A stretch of DNA of 64,000 nt, from contig NIVC01000690.1 in assembly GCA_002269645.1 (NCBI GenBank), forward strand, positions 248,001 through 312,000, given 5' to 3'. The DNA comes from Macrostomum lignano (Eukaryota). Under the pieces are notes generated by a model. That model searched no databases and was not told the origin of the DNA. It was given only the letters and a program-made list of their open reading frames with translations. This document shows, one piece after another, positions 56,855-64,000 of the stretch. Position numbers and translations under genes: made by a program. Within the stretch, counting starts at the first letter, position 1; the number at the start of each line of letters is the position of its first letter.

Positions 56855-57779
56855 TAAGTACATGTAAAACACTGCAACCTGCAGCTACCATATTGATCAC
56901 ACACCCAAACCTGTACATTTGAAGTAATCTAACTAACAAAAAATCAGAATGGCTGACAATAAATATTTTATTATATAAAATTTTCTAAATTTTTCATCCT
57001 TCTTTACAGTCACAAATTAGGGAGCAGTCTCCCATTAATTAGTACTCAATAATCCTTTCCTCTGCGTATTCAGACGAAAACAAGAAAAAATCTGCACTGT
57101 AATGTTAATAGCAAATTTAAAAACGCAATCAAATGCAAGTAGTCATTTTATTTACTCTGTATTTACAATTGCAAAAAGTCATGAAAGAATAAGAATCAAG
57201 ATGTTTTTGCAGAAGGCCTCGCCAACAAGATAGTACCGTTGCACAAATTCTTATACGAACTTTTCATTGGTTTCAATCTTACCACTTGTTGGCTTGCTTT
57301 AGTCTGCACAGCTGGACAGAGGCATTCACTTGGGGCATGTAAACTTCAGGCATTACTAATGAGCATGTAAGAACAGTTTGCAACCCTCCTCTTTTTGCAA
57401 CCAGGCTTGGGACTGGCTTCGGCAGAGTTAAAGCCATCACAACAGACTATCTGGGGTTTGCAAAGGCTGCTTCAAACCCCCTCTGGCTGCATTTGCATGT
57501 ACGAGGGCCATTCCAAAAGTTCATGCAGTCAGAAAATTTCTCCCACCACAAAAAACTGCCAATTTGAGCTTCTCTCACCGCACTACCAGACTCTCTGGCC
57601 GAACCCCTCAGCAGAATATGGACAGGATTCTTACTGAACTATCAAGACTGTCTCTGGCTCAACCCCTCAATCAGAAAATCAATCAGAATTTTCCTATCGC
57701 TTTGGGACAGGACTCTTATTGGGCTTTTATCATCCGGCTCATTTACGACTTTCTCCGGCTCAACCCACAATCAGAACAT

Positions 57780-58030
57780 TATTTGATTAAATTTCCATAT
57801 CGCCTGGAAAATGAGTCCAATAATTTCACAAATTAGTAGAATTCAAATTCTATTCAACGGGCAGACATAACAAAATCCCTTCCTTAATCTGCACAAATGC
57901 ACCGGTAATTACCATGAACTTCTGGATTGGCCCACGTATTAGAGTGGAAGAAATCTACCAGGGACATACAAAGCAGCGAAATGTCCATTTCAACCAACTC
58001 TCTGTCAGGCCCAGCACGTCTGCAGCCAGC
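57780..58030 (-). pseudogene. Degenerate LINE APE endonuclease fragment
   Basis: ADVLGLTESWLK and a downstream TGAFVQIKEGI resemble APE motifs DILCLTETWL and GGGVAIYVK. Confidence 0.45.
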
Positions 58031-58124
58031 CTGCTATCAACATTGGCAATGGCAAAAATACACCCTGCGATAATGTAACACCTCATCCTTAATGTTCTAA
58101 AGAAGATAGCTAAAATTCTAAGAA

Positions 58125-58690
58125 ATCCCATTAGCTGACATTCTCAGAAATCCCATTAGCTGACATTGTCAGAAATCCCATTAGCTGGCATTCTCAGAAA
58201 TACCATTAGCTGACATTCTCAGATATCCTATTAGCTGACATTGTCAGATATCCCATTAGCTGGCATTCTCAGAAATACCATTAGCTGACATTCTCAGATA
58301 TCCTATTAGCTGACATTGTCAGATATCCCATTAGCTGACATTCTCAGAAATCCCATTAGCTGAAATTCTCAGAAATCCCAATAGCTGAAATTCTCAGAAA
58401 TTCCATTAGCACAGTAGAAGAGACTCTTAGAATGCACTACAGAAAAGATTCCTACTGTAGAAGAGATTATTAGAATTCAAAGGTAGAAGGGGTTCTTAGA
58501 ATGCACTGTAGAAAAGATTCTTAGAATGCACTGTAGAAGGGATTGCTAGAATGCACTGTGGAAGGGATTGCTAGAATGCACTGTGGAAGGGATTGCTAGA
58601 ATGCACTGCAGAAGGGATTGCTAGAATGCACTGTGGAAGGGATTGCTAGAATGCACTGTGGAAGGGATTGCTAGAATGCACTGTGGAAGG
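58125..58690 (+). repeat. Two adjacent ~25-bp minisatellites (cccattagctgacattctcagaaat; ctagaatgcactgtggaagggattg)
   Basis: Direct reading. Confidence 0.92.
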
Positions 58691-58869
58691 GATACCCATA
58701 TCCTAAATTTCAGTCTCCAATTTTGACTTACGCACCCAATCTAAAGGTACTTCATATTCACGCCAGTGCCAATGCAGCAGGAATTTTAGCATGTAGGGCC
58801 AAGGTAGCAATTCTTTTTCCATGCTAAAATTTACTTGTGATGGCTTTTCAACACATGTGCTTCAATAAC

Positions 58870-60422
58870 TCACTGATTTCTTGAACTGCCAGAGAAATCT
58901 TCGCATGACATTCTGCTTGTTTCATCAGCCTGCGTACTCCAGTCGATTCGTGTTGACTCGAATTGGCTCTCACCAGACGGCACCAGTCTGTATAGTTTCT
59001 GTAGAAAGGTAAAATTATTAAACAAAAATTTACAAGTTTGCTTAAAACTGAATTTTATACATTCTTGACCGAGTAATATACAATACTGTCGCAATTTAAG
59101 AGTGAATAGATCTGTACTACAGAAAGATACTAAACATTAAATAAGTTACATGTACAATGAACACGCGCACCTTTATTCCTTCTCCAAAGTCCAAGACAAT
59201 TTCGTCCAAATCCCGGAAGGATTCGTGCGACACCGGTAGTTGCATAACAACTCGCCTGTTGCTTCCCCTTTGGTCAGAAGAGCCGCCAACCGCGCCTGAT
59301 GGACACGGAGCACCCAGAGGTTGAAACTCAGTATCGCTCTGCTTAGCATTCGTGTACCAGTCAGTCAAAGTCGTAACCTCGGTGTCGTCCGAGTTGAGCC
59401 GAACTTCAGAGCAAGTACATCCAAGTACAACAGCGCCAGAGTACTCTTGTACTTTTGCTCGTCGTATCGACAAAATGTCGCCGACACTCTAGTTGAAGGC
59501 TTGATCGGAGGACGACCCCCAAAATGTGCAGGAGACAGAACGACAGGACTGGTCAACAATAGTCACTTTGGCTACGTTTATCTGCTTCCCAGCCTTCGTC
59601 ATGACTTCCTCGGGCGGCTGCAGTGTGTCGATTGCTCCAAGGACATAGACATTTTTAATAAAAGGCAATACAGAGGGGACAGTTTTAAAAGTCTTTAAAA
59701 ACCTCAAAAACGCCTTTTGAAGTTCATTTGAATCCTATTCCTACCTACATCAATAGACGAATGAATATAATGGACTGCTAGTCTAGCCAACATCATAAAA
59801 TGGATGAAGGCATACAATGGATTGCTAATCTAGTCAAAATAATTTATAAAAGCCGAACATACACTACAGTGCTACACAATTGCCTATACAATTCTCTATT
59901 TTCCAATTTTCTATACTATTATGTCTATTGTACATATAATAATATTGTATACTGTGTCTATACAATAAATACATGTATAGATACAATGCAACTCACTCTT
60001 GCAGGCGTACGTTTTGAAGGTCGCTTATTCGCGTATAGTTACACGCCCGTTCACTAACAGTCGGAACTTCATTGCTTCGAAATATTGATCCCTTGGAGTC
60101 AACAGAAAGAGACACCTCCATAGGATTATTCGTGCTGTTGTATCTCGGATCCGAAGTCTTTACCATTCCGCCGGCTATCCGAACAGCATCGGAAGTATTG
60201 CAAACTTCCCAAATAGACCGCAGGTCCTTGCCGAAAACGCTGACTCTCATCTCAGCCGAGTCGTCTACCAAGACGAATGAAAAAACTTCGCCTCGGACGT
60301 CGTTTTTCATGTAGGACCTGATCTCCTTCAAATCGGTTACAAGAACTGACCGCCGCATTCATGTAGCCCAGTTTCAGGCCAGAGATTTTTGCCTTAATCT
60401 TCTTGGTGATTGTAGACGCCAT
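58870..60422 (-). pseudogene. RPA70-like two-OB-fold gene, copy 2 (exons 60422-59997, ~59654-59171, 58998-58870)
   Basis: Same exon phases and motifs as copy 1. Lesions: frameshift near 60340, exon-2 acceptor AG to AA, and TGG to TAG stop near 59489. Confidence 0.85.
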
Positions 60423-61936
60423 TGTAGCTTAGTTGTTCAGTTTAACAGTTTTAACAAAGTAGAAACAAAACTTAGAAAATAGAAACAGCTTCTAGAAATG
60501 TTGCAGTGCAAAATACTTCAGTAGAAATAGCAGGTTAAACCCACAGTTTGCAGTACATTTCTATTTAAATAGTCAAGCCCACACCCCAATCACCAGCAGT
60601 CAACCCCACACAACTAAACAGCCAATCAGAACACAGATAACCCTCCCTCCCTGTGCAATCTCTTCGTTTCCAGACTAAATCGGCTGGGGTGGGTGGACTC
60701 TGGACCTTGTGGCGTGATCACACGACGCTAATTGAACTCCCACGACCAACCCCTCGTTGTCTGCGACTTATCGTTTTTGACACTCATGAAAAGCAGCATA
60801 AACTTTCTTAGTCATTTATCCAGTTCATCTGAACTTGTCTGTGCTTACTCCATTTTCTCACCCTTCTCTATCTAATTCAGTCTTCTTATTCTTTTCTCTG
60901 TTTATACCCGCCGTCTCATTAGCTCTATAATCTCGCGCCTATCTCCACCACCCCTCCTAATTCTTACTTGCAATCAACCATAACCCCGGAGTTTACTCCT
61001 GAGTCATTGCAATGGCTAAGAAAGTAGCAACAATTAAAAAGTGCAGGGTATTCTGTGTTGTTTACGGCTTCAAACTGGCTTTGATTCAATCTCCCCAGGC
61101 CCAGCTTGGCTTAAGTCACCCAACCAAAACTGCGCTCTCACCCCTTCTCTCTGACCAGTGTGAGCTTCACCCCTAAGCCATGCATAGCTCAGCCCAACCC
61201 GTCCAGCCACTGCCGTCACTCTTGCTTAGCTTCATTTGTCAATCTCAGCCCTGAGTGGCTAATCCCCACACGACACGGCCAATCGGGTTGGGCCAGCACC
61301 AACCCACCACAGAAAGTTTTGCTATATATATATATATACTGTAGATTCTTACTCGACGCCAACTTAAGATATCCAAACAAATTAATCAGAAATCCCTTAG
61401 AAGTCGAAAAGTCAAACAGCCGGCAGCGCCGCCCACGCCATCCCCGAACACGTAGTATTGCATACATTGCTGGTTACTACTTTTTCATTTAATCACCCCC
61501 CCCCCCTAGACCTTGCTTTCTTTCTTCTTGACTCTGAGAAGCAAACAAACCAATCAATCGCCAACCAATCAAGAATATATATAGCATTCTTGAGAACCAA
61601 AATCTCATTTTTATACAGGGTTTCTTGCCATCATTCAGTCTGTGAATTTTATTACATTCTCGGTTACTACCCAATACTACATTATGATTTAAACCCTGAA
61701 TTTGCTTTCTTTCATCTTATTCTGAGAAGCAAACAAAAAACGAATGCACATTATTCTTATATACGAACCAAAATTTCATTTAATTCCGGCCCCGGGCTTA
61801 CGTAGTAATCAAACATGCTGTTTATTTTAAAATTAACAATTTAACCATCCTTACTTCCTTTCATACCTGCAACCTGTTACTTCTGCGGAGACACAAACCA
61901 CAAGGTAGCCAAATGCGACGCTCTCCACACCCAAAT

Positions 61937-61972
<36 letters not shown>

Positions 61973-62640
61973 GCAGAAGCAGAAGAAATAAGCAGCAGCA
62001 GCAGCAGCAGAATAACTTATAACTAATGCAACTTATGCAAATATATTTTGAAATTTGAAATTTGCTGAACAGAGTGTGCTTTCTGACCTTTCTCCTTTGA
62101 ATTAGTGTAGAGCAGACATAATCAATTTCTCTATAAAAGTTAACAATATGGTTACGCAATAAAAATTGAGTACTGTGCAATGCTTTCACACTCAACGCTG
62201 TGACGCAATTCAATTGAGTGTCTTGTGTATTGTGATGCAATCTATTTTAGAATCAGAATTCAACCAGTCAGTTTTTCTGCTAGCATTCTTATAATGCATT
62301 TCGATGCTTGACCTTTGCAAAAAAGCATGTTTTTCGAATATTTAATCCCTTTAGCATCGAGCAATTTCTTAGCCACGATGCATGTACCGTCACGGAAAAA
62401 TTTCTGATCGAATGGTGCAAGTTCGAATAAAATCGGTTGAGCCGTTTTTGCTAAAATCGATCACACACACACACACACACACATACCGACAGACCATTTT
62501 TAGTATATGGAACGTCGTCACATACACACAAAAAAGTTTTAGCATTAAGAGAGATAATAATAATTTTAAGATGTACAGCGGTAACCTATGTGCGCGAATA
62601 TGCAGTAACAATAAAATGTACAAACCTTACCATTGTTTAG

Positions 62641-63250
62641 GCCGCAAACATTCGTAACGAACTTTACGGCTGCGGTTCCGCTAGATCTTTGGTCCAATCG
62701 ACTGTGCTGGCTGATTCTCTGTTCGCGTTTTCTGCAAACCCGTGCCAGTCTGACGTACAGGCCCCAAGGTCTTCGACTACAATTAATCCGCTGGCAAGAA
62801 TCGACCAACTAACTAGCAATCCGGTCGGTCTAGAATCACTTGCTGGTATGTGAATAAATCTATTTGTTGAAAAAACGAAAATATTTTTTTATATGCAGTC
62901 ACGCCATTAAGAATGCGCTCGTTGTTAATTATTAATTGGCATTCATGAAGATGTAGTGTAAGGTTGGTTCAAAGATTCAAGGCGGTAAAATACGCTCGTA
63001 ATAGGTCTTGAGTACGCATATATATATCGATCACATAACACGATTTCTGTTCACAGGGGCAATTCGGACTCTGGCTCGAATGGAAGCCAGCACTCAAGCC
63101 AAAATCAATCGGCTGCAAACGTCGATCGACGATCTTCGATCACTCATTATAACGAATTTGGGCTCTAGCATTGGTCCGAGAACTCAACAGAGCCAGCAAC
63201 CGAAGAATCATCCATGTGCAGCGTCCGTGGATGAAGTGAACAGACTTCAA
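62641..63250 (+). CDS. Two host-like exons (62641-62845, 63057-~63250) in frame with downstream PLE RT
   Basis: Acceptor ttgtttag|, donor G|GTATGT, acceptor ttcacag|; the phase-1 join is open and continues without a stop into the RT. Confidence 0.5.
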
Positions 63251-64000
63251 GTTCCTCTGCAGTTTGCTATTGATCTGGCCGCTGACTATGTCTATGGGCA
63301 TGCCCCTCCAAAATTCCCAAAAAGTACTTTCAAAAAACTTATGAACTTTGCCACCTCTGGTCTGTTCCTTTTTAATGATAAGTACTACCGCCAAACCGAT
63401 GGCTGCGCGATGGGTAGCCCCCTTGCGCCCACTCTTGCCAACATTTGTATGACTCATTGGGAGAAAGAGTGGATGACCCTGCAATGTGCTCCTAGATTCT
63501 ACAAGCGCTACGTTGATGACACCTTTGCCATTTTCAAAGGGGGATCGGATCATGAAGAGTTTCTTGCTGCTCTGAAATCCACTCACAAAAACATCCAATT
63601 CACGGTTGAAGTTGTTGACAAGAAACTCCCTTTCCTTGATGTTGACGTTGACATCCACAGTAATTCGGTTTCCACTAAAGTTTACCGCAAGCCCACTTTC
63701 ACGAACTTGATGCTTAATTTTGGAGCTGTGTGTCCCAGACAGTGGAAAGTTGGCCTGATTCGTTGTTTGTTGCACAGGGCCTACACGGTTTGCAGCTCTT
63801 GGACCAATTTCAACATTGAAGTTAACAATCTCACCAAAATTCTGAGAATGAATCAATTTCCCAAGAATGTCATTTGGAGTGAAATCAATAGATTTATCTC
63901 TAATAAAATGACGAACAAACCGAGTTTTGCTTCTGATAAGGATGTGGTAAAAACTTGCCCGACCATGGTCTTGCCTTTCTGTGGCAACTGCTCTAACCTG
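63248..64000 (+). mobile_element. 5'-truncated Penelope-like element RT (runs off window)
   Basis: Open frame: QVPLQFAIDL..., YYRQTDGCAMGSPLAPTLANI, RYVDDTF, IQFTVE, LPFLDV, VYRKPTFT, LLHRA; the motif-A Asp (DVxSL) is missing. Confidence 0.92.

Larger units (their letters stand above)
55499..62511 (-). mobile_element. Putative composite Helitron carrying RPA70-like gene copy 2
   Basis: 3' hairpin + CTAG|T at 55502-55499; 5' core 62100-62511 ending TCCATATACTA on the minus strand; linkage of the two ends is inferred. Confidence 0.45.

Noticed and set aside
57230-57520. Cys-rich minus-strand remnant (CKC...CKKRR...CLC)
   Set aside because: Motifs fall in different frames with stops; family assignment is not supportable

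Overview
Repeat-rich eukaryotic (animal) genomic DNA with GT-AG introns and TTAGGG repeats. GC-rich exons embedded in many minisatellites suggest a flatworm such as Macrostomum, but that is inference. Two host genes are resolved. One is a 3-exon PAN/apple plus ALK/LTK-type glycine-rich protein without a kinase (+, 4365-8840). The other is an 8-exon VCP/p97/CDC48 (-, 10974-16883), with a different tandem repeat in most introns. The rest is nested mobile DNA: a Neptune-type Penelope-like element (PLE) inside an (AACT)n array, a hAT MITE, nested Harbinger elements enclosing a Crypton-like fragment, an internally deleted Gypsy, LINEs, a solo LTR, several Helitrons and a second PLE RT at the right edge. 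Top candidates for something undescribed: (1) two divergent LINE-type elements whose ORF1 begins with an ALKBH2/3-like AlkB dioxygenase, one traceable as AlkB-CCHC ORF1 plus APE-RT ORF2; (2) a Gypsy gag-pro carrying a cold-shock domain next to its zinc knuckle; (3) two minimal two-OB-fold RPA70-like genes, each bounded by Helitron termini; (4) an inverted pair of Helitron 3' ends around an orphan ORF; (5) host-like spliced exons in frame with a 5'-truncated PLE RT. No rRNA, tRNA or CRISPR array was found. All calls were made by eye, without database searches.
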